A stretch of 64,000 bases of DNA from Eledone cirrhosa (taxonomy: Eukaryota). Below the pieces are notes generated by a model. That model made no database searches. It had not been told where the DNA came from and saw only the letters and a list, made by a program, of their open reading frames with translations. Positions within the stretch are counted from its first letter, which is position 1; every line of letters starts with the position of its first letter. Of the stretch, positions 16,901-30,300 are shown piece by piece. The stretch spans positions 119,846,001 to 119,910,000 of the forward strand of contig OZ024741.1 of NCBI GenBank assembly GCA_964016885.1, read 5' to 3'. A program made the translations under genes and the position numbers.

Positions 16901-19887
16901 ATATATTGATATCTATATCTATATGTATATGTCGATATCTATATCTATATGTATATGTTGAGACCTATATCTCTATGTATATGTCGATCTCTATATCTAT
17001 ATGTATATGTTGTATATGTCGATATCTATATGCATATGTATATGTTGACATCTATATCTATATGTATATGTTGATATCTATATCTATATGTATATGATGA
17101 TATCTATATCTATATCTATATGTATATGTTGATATCTATATCTATATGTTGATATCTATATCTATATGTATATATCGATAATTACATCTATATCTATATT
17201 TATATATTGATATCTATTTCTATATCTATATGTATATGTTGATACCTATATCTATATGTATTTGTTGATATCTATATCTATATGTATATGTTGATATCTA
17301 TATCTATATCTATATGTATATGTCGATATCTATATCTATATGTATATGTTGATATCTATATCTATATGTATATGTTGATATCTATATCTATATATATATC
17401 TATATGTATATGTTGATATCTATATCTATATGTATATGTCGATATCTGTATCCATATCTATATCTATATTTATATGTCGATATCTATAACTATATGTGTA
17501 TGTTGATATCTATATGCATATGTTGATATATATATCTCTATGTATATGTATATGTCTATATCTATATCTATATGGATATGTCGATATCTATATCTATATG
17601 TATATGTCGATATTTATATCTATATGTTTATGTTGATATCTTTATCTATATGTATCTGTTGATATCTATATCCATATGCATATGTCAATATCTATATCTA
17701 TATGTATATGTCGATATCTATATCTATATGTATATGTTGATATCTATATGTATATGTATATGTTGATATCTATATGTATATGTATATGTTGATATCTATA
17801 TGTATATGAATATGTTGATATCTATATCTATATGTATATGTTGATATCTATATCTATATCTATATGTATATATTGATACCTATATTGATATGTATATATT
17901 GATATTTATATCTATATGTATATGTTGATATCTATAAGTATATGTCGATATCTATATTTTCATATCTATATCTGTATGTATATGTTGATAGCTATATCTA
18001 TATGTATACGTATATGTCGATATCTATATCTATATCTGTATGTTGATATCTATATCTATATGTATATGTTGATATCTATATTTATATCTATATGTGTATG
18101 TCGATATCTATATCTATATGTATATGTAGATATCTATATCTATATGTATATGTTGATACCTATATCTATATGTATATGTTTATATCTATATCTATATGTA
18201 TATCCACATGTCGCTATCCATATCTATATGTATATGTCGATTTCTATATTTATATGTCGATAGCTATATCTATATGTGTATGTAGATATCTATATGTATA
18301 TGTTGATATCTATATGTATATTTCGATATCTATATCTATATGTCGATAGCTATATCTATATGTGTATATTGATATCTATATCTATATGTATATGTCGATA
18401 TCTATATCTATACGTATATGTTGATATCTATATTTATATCTATATGTATATGTCGATATCTATATCTATATGTATATGTTGATATCTATATTTATATGTA
18501 TATGTTGATATATATATCTATATGTATATGTATATGTCGATATCTATAACTATATGTATATATCGATATCTATATCTATATCTATATCTATATCTATATG
18601 TTGATATCTATATCTATATATATATGTATATGTCGATATCTATATGTGTATGTTGATATATATATCAATATGTATCTGTTGATATCTATATCTATATGCA
18701 TATGTCGATATCTATATCTATATGTATATGTCGATATCTATAACTATATGTATATGTCGATATCTATATCTATATCTATATGTATATGTCGATATCTATA
18801 TCTATATATATATATGTTTATGTCGATATCTATATCTCTATGTATATGTCGATATCTACATCTATATGTATATGTTGATATCTATATGTATATGTATATG
18901 TCGATATCTATATCTATATATCGATACCTATATCTATATGTGTATGTTGATATCTATATCTATATGTATATATCAATATCTATATCTATATGTATATATC
19001 GATATCTATATCTATATGTATATATCGATATCTGTATCTATATCTATATGTATATGTCGATATCTATATGTATATGTTGATATATATATCTATATGTCTA
19101 TGTCGATATATATATCTATATGGATATGTCGATATCTGTATCTATATGTATATGTCGATATCTATATCTATATGCATATGTCGATATCTATAACTATATG
19201 TATCTGTTGATATCTATATCTATATGCATATGTCGATATCTATATCTATATGTATATGTCGATATCTATATCTATATGTATATGTCGATATCTATATATC
19301 TACGTGTATGTCGATATCTATATATATATGTATATGTAGATATCTATATCTCTGTGTATATGTTGATATCTATATCTATATGTATATGTTGATATCTATA
19401 TGTATATGTTGATATATATATCTATATGTCTATGTCGATATATATATCTATATGGATATGTCGATATCTGTATCTATATGTATATGTCGATATCTATATC
19501 TATATGCATATGTCGATATCTATAACTATATGTATCTGTTGATATCTATATCTATATGCATATGTCGATATCTATATCTATATGTATATGTCGATATCTA
19601 TATCTATATGTATATGTCGATATCTATATATCTACGTGTATGTCGATATCTATATATATATGTATATGTAGATATCTATATCTCTGTGTATATGTTGATA
19701 TCTATATCTATATGTATATGTTGATATCTATATGTATATGTTGATATATATATCTATATGTCTATGTCTATGTCGATATCTATATCTCTATGTGTACGTT
19801 TATATCTATATCTATATGTATATGTCGATATCTATATGTATATGTCGATATCTTTATCTATATCTATATCTATATGTCGATATCTAT

Positions 19888-22800
19888 GGTTATTTCAGTG
19901 CCTGGACTGTATGCCTGCCTCTCCCATTGCTGCGGAACAACAACAACAACAAAAACTGAAGATTGTGTCTTCTTCTACCATTGTTCCTTAACAACAACAA
20001 CAAAAACCGACCGTCAATACGGAGTTTGAGGAAATACGGCAAAAGAATTCCGCTTTAAGCCGAGAAATAGCGGAAATAAAATCAAGCGTTCGTGTAGAAC
20101 CCCACAATGAGGGATCTTACCGGAGTGCCTTGTTAAAAAATCTCTGTGTACCTTATGTTGAACCTAAACGCATTGAGAATGCCACTGAATCTGCAAACCA
20201 CGAAGTGATTTCCATTGGTGTACCAGAAGACATAGTTGATCTTCAGGCATTTGCTGCCAGTTCATCCCGCAAAGGGTGCTCTACGACTTGGCCGACCAGG
20301 CCCGAAACCCAGGCTAAATAGACTGTCGTTTTCAAACTCAACTGAGGCGCGTTCATACCTTGTAGCCTCTGATAAAGCTAGGCGTGAAAGTCAGATTGCT
20401 TTCCGAACACGCCCTGGTCTTCCACCTGATGTCCGCCCAAAGTTGCGTGTTGCAGCTTCCTTAAACCGCAGCTCGGCAGAACATGAAAGCTTCAGCCTAC
20501 GAGATGATGGGCAGATATGGAAGTTTGTTAAGGTTGGCGAAACATGGAAAAGAGACACCAGCTGGTCTGAAAATACTGTACCCACAACAACTGACAATAA
20601 AGAAACTGAAAAATCTCTGGGAAACTAAATCAGTACAACCTGCCATCCCCTGCACATAATCATAGACTGGAATCAAGGTACAAATTGTTGTCCTTGAATG
20701 CACGTAGTCTATGCAATAAGATTAATCTTTTTGACTCCTACGTCAAAAGTATCAACCCTGACTTCATTACAGTCACGGAAACTTGGGCACATCCCTTACT
20801 CTGTGATGGGGTTTTCAGCATGACTGGCTACAACCTATTTCGTAAAGACCGCATTAATCGTCGTGGTGGTGGTGTAATGGTCTACGTTCGGTCAAATCTG
20901 TCGGCAATTCCTTGTGTTGATTTGAACCAATCACAGCAGGAAGTTTTTTTCTGCGATATACGTATGACCATGTCAACACTGCTACTTGGAATCGTTTACG
21001 TCCCCCAAATTACCATTAGGACACTCAACTTTGTGATATCCTCAGAGCTGCTGCCAGGAAGACAGCCACTTACATTTTCATTGCAGGAGACTTCAATCAC
21101 TCTGAGATTGACTGAGAAACCTTTCGTGGCCGCCAAGTGCAAATGACTTCCTTGAGCTAGTGCTGGACTCGAGTTGGTCCCAAGTGGTCACCTCCCCAAC
21201 AAGAAGTGACAACACTTTGGACCTACTCTTCACCACTACTCCTGAAACGGTCATTAGTGTTACTGCTGAGGAACCTTTAGGTGACTCTGATCATGCTATG
21301 GTCATTGCCAATCTATCCCTCATGGGCAGTAACAAGAACCACAACCATCTCCAAACTGCTCACTTTGACTGGAATAAAGCAGACTGGAACTTACTGCACC
21401 GAGTTGCAACGGCCAAACTGGCTTGAGTTCTACGACTCTGGAGATGTCAACACTGTACTCCAGAACATCCTGAGCTCAATATGGACAGCATGTGCAGCAT
21501 CGGTGCCACGTAAGCGGAAAAAACATCCCAAAAGTGCAATTTGGGAGACTGCAGCAGTCCGTCTTGCCAGAAAAGAACGGCGCAATGCTGAACGTGAGTA
21601 CAAACTTCACAAATCAGACAATTAATAGGAAGAGGCGAAATAGATCGTCCAACCACCTCAAACAGGTGACAAAAAAGGCAGTGCTTCAATTTGAGCAGCG
21701 CATAGCAACCAGCCCTGACAGTAAGGTGTTCTGGAAGTATGTTCACTCAAAGCAGAGGCCTCACTCTCCAGTTGGTCCTCTTCGCAATCCCCACACAAGC
21801 CAGGTTACTGACGACCCCAAGGAATGCGCAGAGCTCATTGCTGAATGCTATGCAGGCATTTTCACTATTGAAGACCAGAGTGTACCATCTCCACCACCTA
21901 TGACATCGGACTCTATTACAACCATGGAATTTACACCTGCAATGCTGCGACGTCACCTAAAAAATAAACGCAACCATGCCTCTCCTGGTCTTGATGGTGT
22001 TACGTACCTGCTTTTTAAACGTGGTGGGTACTTCCTTCTGCACCAGTTATCACGCTTCTTCCAATACTGTCTGACAACAGTGCTACTCCAGAACAGTGGA
22101 AAACTGCCAGTGTCATTCCTCTGTTCAAAAAAGGTGACCGCACACCACCTGTGAACTATCGTCCAGTCAGTCTTACTAGTTGCATTGCCAAACTGATGGA
22201 ATCCTGTGTCAGAGAAACACTTTGGAACTTCTGGAGCTCTCACAGTCTTATCCGGCCCTCGCAATTTGGATTTATCACCAACTCCAGCTGCTGTGATCAA
22301 CTTATAGAGTTTCTTGAGGACATCACCCGGATCACTGATGGCGGCTCATGGGTGGATGTTGTTTACCTTGACTTTGCGAAAGCCTTCAATTCTGTGCCAC
22401 ACAAAAGGTTTATGGCAAAACTTTCTGCAATGGGTATGAAGGATGATCTTTTTAACTGGTTGAAGTCCTTCATTCTCAGTCGAAGAGAGGTAGTCACGGT
22501 TCTGGGACAGCATTCTTCACCATATGAGATGTTATCTGGTGTACCACAGGGATCTGTTCTTGGCCCCCTTTTGTTTGTGGCATATATTAATGACATAGAT
22601 GCCAACTTAAAGAATGCCACGGTACTAAAGTACGCAGATGACATCAAGCTGTACCTTGAGATAAAAAGGACAGATCCTGAACACTATGGATCTTGCTTGC
22701 AGCCTGACCTGGACACAATGCAACAATGGATCTCAGACTGGCAACTCAAGCTAGCTGTGGACAAGTTCACCACCATGCATTTTGGGAGTAAAAACCCAGC

Positions 22801-23582
22801 GTCCACATACTCCCTCCACAGTACTAATATCAAGAAGTCTTCTTGTGAACGTGACCTGGGCATTACGGTCAGCAGCGATTTGCGTTGGACGAAGCACGTC
22901 TCTAAAATTGTCAAGAGGGCCGAGGGTGTCTTAGCATCACTCAGCAAGACCTTTGTCAGCCGCTCTCCAGATATCTATTTAAGGCTGTACATGGCTATGG
23001 TGCGGCCACACTTAGAATTTGCATCACCAGTCTGGAACCCCTATCTTGCTCAGAACATTGACCGCCTGAAAACTGTTCAGAGACGTGCAACCAAGCGAAT
23101 ACCCTCCATCAGGCATCTACCATACTCTGAGCGCCTTGATTCCCTGGGCATGGATACATTGAAGCTCCGACGCCTGGCAACTGACTTGGTAAACGCCCAC
23201 AAAATTGTTAACCATCTTGGCAACAAAAACCCTGAGTACCTTTTTGATTTCCATGTGTCTAACACACGTGGACATGCCCACAAAGTCAGAAAACAGCACA
23301 GTTCCCATGACTTTCGGAAACATTTTTTCACGCTCAGAGTTGCTGAAGTATGGAACAAACTACCTGCATCAGTTGTTAGCTGTCGAGACACTGCATCCTT
23401 TAAGGCCTCCATGCTTCCCGAGATCCGCCAACAGTACAGCTAATGTTCCCCTCCATACACATACACACGTGTATATCATAACTCATACACTATTCACTTC
23501 CCTGACATTTGTGTATCATTCTATGTACTATACATACACCTTTGACGAGTTGTAGTGCACCTGAGCACTTTACACAATAATT

Positions 23583-23584
<2 letters not shown>
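19888..23584 (+). mobile_element. Decayed CR1-clade LINE, probably 5'-truncated, ending in an (ATT)n tail
   Basis: ORF1-like remnant (~19.9-20.63 kb), broken APE+RT ORF2, 3'UTR ending ...CACCTGAGCACTTTACACAATAATTTC followed by (ATT)n. Confidence 0.88.
20685..23443 (+). pseudogene. CR1-type ORF2 (APE endonuclease + reverse transcriptase), several frameshifts/stops
   Basis: LNARSL, TETW, RGGGV, LDL, SDH (APE); NYRPVSLT, DFAKAF, GVPQGSVLGP, YADD (RT); CR1-like C-terminus TRGH...FF..RV...WNKLP. Split over at least five ORF pieces. Confidence 0.9.
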
Positions 23585-23614
<30 letters not shown>

Positions 23615-23626
23615 GTTATTGTTATT

Positions 23627-26600
23627 CCTTGAATCTCAGTCATTGATGTTGGTTAACTGGAAAGTCCGTTGGATTGAATATCAAGCCACTACCTGCAGCC
23701 TCAGATATTCAGGACGTATCGGAGGGTTCTTGCTGTTCCAAGCAAGCATGCCTTTTGAAGCGTTCCAAAAAGCGTGAAGGGGCCGATTTTCTTTAACCAT
23801 CCCTGGAAACTTTTGGAGATAGTCCCCAGTGCGCCTATGACAATCGGGATCACTTTGACTTCATGGCAGTTCCAAATCCTTTTCACCTCCCACTTTAGGT
23901 CCTGGTATCGGTTAATTTTCTCCCTCTCCTTCTCTTGCACTCTCGTGTCGAACGGGCAGGCCACATCCACAATCAGGCACGATCTTTTTTCTTTGTCCAC
24001 AACCACCAGGTCAGGTCTATTGTGTTCCAGTTTTTTGTCCGTCTGTATCCTAAAATCCCACAGCACCTTCACCTGATTGTTCTCCATCACCGCCTCTGGC
24101 CTATGCTCATACCATTTCTCAGAATGTGGTAGATTGTTTACTTTGCACAGGTGCCAGTGGATCACCCGGCCCATCACATCGTGTCTCCAGCCCTTATAGT
24201 GGGTCTGGGCTAGGTGTTTACACTCGGACACAATGTGAGCCACAGTCTCCTCTCTCCACAGATCCTGCACAGTGGGCTGGCCTCCTCCTTGTAGATATGG
24301 TGCTTCAACCACTTCGTTTTGAGGGCCTGCTCCTGCGCAGCCATTAGCATTCCTTCTGTAGCCTTTTTGAGGTCTCCTCTTCTCAACCAGTTCCATGTCT
24401 GTGGATCTCTAAATTCAGTTTTCTCAAAGAAGGTACTATGAAGGGGTTTTCCCTTAAGGCTGCTCTTCCTCCTTGATGTTATTTCCTCCCTGGACATCCC
24501 CTGGCCTACTGTCCCCTCCTTCAGTACAGCTCTGAGCATTGGCTCCTTACTATAGGTCACGTATTTGTATAGGTTGTTTTTCTCCATCTGAACACAGTCC
24601 TCTATGCTGATAAGACCTCTTCCACCCTCAGATCTCCTTAGGTAGAGTCTATCGACATCACTCCTCTTGTGGAACATGTTGTAGATAGTCAATAGCTTCC
24701 CAGTCTTCCTATCCATTTCTTTCTGTTCAGCAACATTCCATCTCAGAATTCCCGCACTGTACCTAATAATAGACACAGCTCGGGAATTTACTGCGCTTAT
24801 GGCATTTCTGCTGTTCAGATGTGACTTCAATACGCTCCTTACTCTCCGAATGTATTCAGTTCTTAATAATTCCTTCATTTTTTTGTTCTTTATGCCATCA
24901 GCCTCCAGAACGCCCAAATACTTGTATCCTTCCTCAGAGTCAATTTCCTTTATCATCTCACCTGTTGGTATCTGGATCCCGTTACTTCTGCTCAACCTAC
25001 CCCTCTTCATCACAATGACTCTACATTTACCAATACCAAACTGCATACATATATCACTGCTGAAAATACGGACAGTGTCAACAAGCACATCCAACTCCTT
25101 CTCACTTTTCCCGAAGAGCTTAAGACCGTCCATGAAGAGGAGGTGATTGATGGTAAGCTCTCCCCTTCCCAACTTGTATCCTGCTCTCACTTTTCGCAGC
25201 ATAATGGTCAAGGGCATCAGGGCAAGGACAAACAACAGAGGGGACAGGCTATCTCCCTGGAAGATACCTCTCTTGATCTTCACGCTTCCCAAGGATACTC
25301 CAGTTGATGTCAACTCTGTCTCCCAGGACCCCATACTCCTGCCTAGCAACTGTCTGATGTTATCCGCCACCCTGAAGATCTCCAGGCTTTTGGTGATCCA
25401 GGAATGAGGCACCATGTCAAATGCCTTTCTGTAGTCTATCCATCCCATGGCAAGATCAGTGTGTCTCCTCCTGCAATTCCCCATTACCATCTTATCAATA
25501 AGCAACTGGTCCTTTGTACCACGTGACTTCTTTCGGCATCCTTTCTGTTCGTCCGGTAACAAGTTGTTTGTGTGGAGGTGATGGTAGATTTCCTCAGACA
25601 CAATGCTCGTCAACAGTTTCCACATTACGGGCAGACATGTGATAGGTCTATAGTTGGTAGCATCATTACCCTTGATTCGGTCTTTCATTATCAGAACTGT
25701 GGTACCTTTTGTCAACCACTCTGGCACCTCACCCGACACCAAGCAGTCATTGAACATGGCCGTCAGCTTCGGGTGGAGGGATGTTAGATGTTTAATCCAA
25801 TACCCCTGCACACCGTCTGGGCCTGGCGATTTCCAGTTGGTTAGTTTTTTGGCTTGTCCCTTAAGAGTTTCAACTGTGATACTCAAATCAGTCTGTTGCT
25901 GTGCCTGCTCACCGATCTCCCTCTGTACTGTCTCAATCCACCCTGCCTGGGCATTGTGTCTAACATCCTGCTCCCATATTCCTCTCCAGAATGTTTTAGT
26001 TTGCTCCGCCCCAGGGATCAAGTCGTTGCCTCTTTCTTTGCCCTCAAGCTGTCCAAACAGCATCTTCTGGTTGTTGTCGAACATGCGGTTCTGTTTATAC
26101 TGACTGACTCTGTTCTCGTATCGCCTGATTTTTGCACTCTTTGCTACAATGCGTTGCTTCAATTCCTCTATGATAATATTTAGCTTTTTACTCCTAGTTT
26201 TGTATTTTATTTCCAGTCTATTTTTAGTGCCTATGTTTTTTAGTGTCCCATTCAGTAGTGACTCAAGCTTTCCTATGTCATTTCTCATTTCCCCGATTTG
26301 CCCACTCAGTCGCTTCTTCCACCACGGCTCTGCTCTTTCTTGTCTGTTGTTTCCTCTCGCTTTTATACCAAGTAGTTTCCTCACCGTATTTGCTGTTGCT
26401 CTGAGGATATTGATGCACTGGTGAAGGCTCCTCGCCTCAAGGTATGGGATGACTTTGTTTACCTTAGCTGTTGTTTCTTTTAACTTTTTCCTGTCTACAA
26501 ATCTTAGGTTCATAGGTCTCCCACTATCATTGTTCAATTCATCTACCACTAGATTTAGGATGTCAACCGAATCTTGTCCTAGCCCGTCAGCATTCATCTC

Positions 26601-27318
26601 CTCAGTGGCCGTATCTCTGTTCCAGGTATTATTTATCTCAGTATTCAGATCATTGTCTGCTTCGGGTGGTTCCTCCGTTCTCAGGACCTCCTCACCTTCA
26701 TTTCCCACCGGCTCGCTTGTCTGGCATACTACACCCGCCATCTCCAAGCCATTCTCTCTGCTCAGTTCCTCCAGTTCCAGCTCGCTTATCCACCCATTAG
26801 TTCTTATTACCCGAGCCTGCCCGGCCAAATTTTGTTCATCTAATTTAAATAAACCAATCTCGTTCCAGATGTTATGCATCCGTCTCCTGTAGCCCCTCTC
26901 CTTGGGGTTACTTTTCAGGTAGCATTGCATAACAGTTCTATTCAATTCTTTCGTCCAGTTGGTTCTGGCCCCTTTCCTTCTTCTCCTTCCTCCAACATCA
27001 GCAGTATTTGGTTGACAGTCAGGTTCCTGCTGCTGAGCCAGGGGGCACCTGTTGGGTGAGAGTCTGTCACATGACGTTCTAGTCTCCATTTCACCGTTAT
27101 TCGAACTGTTTATGTTCGATATTTAAACACTCTTATCGAGGATTGGCGAATGTATGTTTACATAGCCATCTGTGGGTCCGCCATCCCACTTGGCCCTTGT
27201 GTGGCATTATCACCACGCTGTATACGAACACACATAAACAAACAAACACACAGGCAGAAAGGGCCCCAGAAATGAATAAGCATAAGTTTCATTGTAATGT
27301 AGTGTTCGAATGTCTGAC
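23627..27318 (-). mobile_element. R4/Dong-like RLE non-LTR retrotransposon family A, copy 1 (short 5' end, defective)
   Basis: Single long ORF with RT + CCHC + PD-(D/E)xK domains, flanked by (TAA)n. (TAA)n targeting is the established behaviour of Dong elements (R4 clade). Confidence 0.9.
23701..27089 (-). pseudogene. R4-A RT/RLE polyprotein, copy 1: 4-bp deletion frameshift in TC run at ~24250 and catalytic FMDD changed to FMDG
   Basis: Comparison with the intact 1130-aa copy at 50312-53704. Confidence 0.9.
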
Positions 27319-27353
<35 letters not shown>

Positions 27354-27365
27354 GTTATTGTTATT

Positions 27366-30300
27366 CCTTGAATCTCAGTCATTCATGTTGGTTAACTGGA
27401 AAGTCCGTTGGATTGAATATCAAGCCACTACCTGCAGCCTCAGATATTCAGGACGTATCGGAGGGTTCTTGCTGTTCCAAGCAAGCATGCCTTTTGAAGC
27501 GTTCCAAAAAGCATGAAGGGGCCGATTTTCTTTAACCATCCCTGGAAACCTTTGGAGATAGTCCCCAGTGCGCCTATGACAATCGGGATCACTTTGACTT
27601 CATGGCAGTTCCAAATCCTTTTCACCTCCCACTTTAGGTCCTGGTATCGGTTAATTTTCTTCCTCTCCTTCTCTTGCACTCTCGTGTCGAACGGGCAGGC
27701 CACATCCACAATCAGGCACGATCTTTTTTCTTTGTCCATAACCACCAGGTCAGGTCTATTGTGTTCCAGTTTTTTGTCCGTCTGTATCCTAAAATCCCAC
27801 AGCACCTTCACCTGACTGTTCTCCATCACCGCCTCTGGCCTATGCTCATACCATTTCTTAGAATGTGGTAGATTGTTTACTTTGCACAGGTGCCAGTGGA
27901 TCACCCTGCCCATCACATCGTGTCTCCAGCCCTTATAGTGGGTCTGGGCTAGGTGTTTACACTCGGACACAATGTGAGCCACAGTCTCCTCTCTCTCTCC
28001 ACAGATCCTGCACAGTGGGCTAGCCTCCTCCTTGTAGATATGGTGCTTCAACCACTTCGTTTTGAGGGCCTGCTCCTGCGCAGCCATTAGCATTCCTTCT
28101 GTAGCCTTTTTGAGGTCTCCTCTTCTCAACCAGTTCCATGTCTGTGGATCTCTAAGTTCAGTTTTCTCAAAGAAGGTACTATGAAGGGATTTTCCCTTAA
28201 GGCTGCTCTTCCTCCTTGATGTTATTTCCTCCTTGGACATCCCCTGGCCTACTGTCCCCTCCTTCAGTACAGTTCTGAGCATTGGCTCCTTACTATAGGT
28301 CACGTATTTGTATAGGTTGTTTTTCTCCATCTGAACACAGTCCTCTATGCTGATAAGACCTCTTCCACCCTCAGATCTCCTTAGGTAGAGTCTATCGACA
28401 TCACTCCTCTTGTGGAACATGTTGTAGATAGTCAATAGCTTCCTAGTCTTCCTATCCATTTCTTTTTGTTCAGCAACATTCCATCTCAGAATTCCCGCAC
28501 TGTACCTAATAATAGACACAGCTCGGGAATTTACTGCGCTTATGGCATTTCTGCTGTTCAGATGTGACTTCAATACGCTCCTTACTCTCCGAATGTATTC
28601 AGTTCTTAACAATTCCTTCATTTTTTTGTTCTTTATGCCATCAGCCTCCAGAACGCCCAAATACTTGTATCCTTCCTCAGAGTCAATTTCCTTTATCATC
28701 TCACCTGTTGGTATCTGGATCCCGTTACTTCTGCTCAACCTACCCCTCTTCATCACAATGACTCCACATTTACCAATACCAAACTGCATACATATATCAC
28801 TGCTGAAAATACGGACAGTGTCAACAAGCACATCCAACTCCTTCTCACTTTTCCCGAAGAGCTTAAGATCGTCCATGAAGAGGAGGTGATTGATGGTAAG
28901 CTCTCCCCTTCCCAACTTGTATCCTGCTCTCACTTTTCGCAGCATAATGGTCAAGGGCATCAGGGCAAGGACAAACAACAGAGGGGACAGGCTATCTCCC
29001 TGGAAGATACCTCTCTTGATCTTCACGCTTCCCAAGGATACTCCAGTTGATGTCAACTCTGTCTCCCAGGACCCCATACTCCTGCCCAGCAACTGTCTGA
29101 TGTTATCTGCCACCCTGAAGACCTCCAGGCTTTTGGTGATCCAGGAATGAGGCACCATGTCAAATGCCTTTCTGTAGTCTATCCATCCCATGGCAAGATC
29201 AGTGTGTCTCCTCCTGCAATTCCCCATTACCATCTTATCAATAAGCAACTGGTCCTTTGTACCACGTGACTTCTTTCGGCATCCTTTCTGTTCGTCCGGT
29301 AACAAGTTGTTTGTGTGGAGGTGATGGTAGATTTCCTCAGACACAATGCTCGTCAACAGTTTCCACATTACGGGCAGACATGTGATAGGTCTATAGTTGG
29401 TAACATCATTACCCTTGATTCGGTCTTTCATTATCAGAACTGTGGTACCTTTTGTCAACCACTCTGGCACCTCACCCGACACCAAGCAGTCATTGAACAT
29501 GGCCGTCAGCTTCGGGTGGAGGGATGTTAAATGTTTAATCCAATACCCCTGCACACCATCTGGGCCTGGTGATTTCCAGTTGGTTAGTTTTTTGGCTTGC
29601 CCCTTAAGAGTTTCAACTGTGATACTCAAATCAGTCTGTTGTTGTGCCTTCTCACCGATCTCCCTCTGTACTGTCTCAATCCACCCTGCCTGGGCATTGT
29701 GTCTAACATCCTGCTCCCATATTCCTCTCCAGAATGTTTTAGCTTGTTCCGCCCCAGGGATCAAGTCGTTGCCTCTTTCTTTCCCCTCAAGCTGTCCAAA
29801 CAGCATCTTCTGGTTGTTGTCGAACATGCGGTTCTGTTTATACTGACTGACTCTGTTCTCGTATCGCCTGATTTTGGCACTCTTTGCTACAATGCGTTGC
29901 TTCAATTCCTCTATGATAATATTTAGCTTTTTACTCCTAGTTTTGTATTTTATTTCCAGTCTATTTTTAGTGCCTATGTTTTTTAGTGTCCCATTCAGTA
30001 GTGACTCAAGCTTTCCTATGTCATTTCTCATTTCCCCGATTTGCCCACTCAGTCGCTTCTTTCACCACGGCTCTGCTCTTTCTTGTCTGTTGTTTCCTCT
30101 CGCTTTTATACCAAGTAGTTTCCTCACCGTATTTGCTGTTGCTTTGAGGATATTGTTGCACTGGTGAAGACTCCTCGCCTCAAGGTATGGGATGACTTTG
30201 TTTACCTTAGCTGTTGTTTCTTTTAACTTTTTCCTGTCTACAAATCTTAGGTTCATAGGTCTCCCACTATCATTGTTCAATTCATCTACCACTAGATTTA

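Larger units (their letters stand above)
1..19887. repeat. AT-rich satellite built from TYGATATC + (TATATC)n + (TATATG)m, modal monomer ~26 bp (GTCGATATCTATATCTATATGTATAT), with higher-order repeats
   Basis: Directly visible throughout. Near-identical kb blocks recur (ORF-track landmarks 338/6608/9730; 2613/12024; 3207/12618; 16019/17572; 19120/19452). Confidence 0.97.

Noticed and set aside
18-19991. Dozens of plus-strand ORFs rich in I/S/C/Y/L/V/D/M
   Set aside because: Translation of a satellite that happens to be stop-poor; same low-complexity peptides in all frames, no domain.
27170-27266. Possible HDV or twister ribozyme in the R4-A 5'UTR (GGCCCTT/AAGGGCC; TAA-TGCCA/TGGCG)
   Set aside because: No P1.1/J4-2 for HDV and no P4 or proper T1 for twister; kept only as a generic structured UTR.
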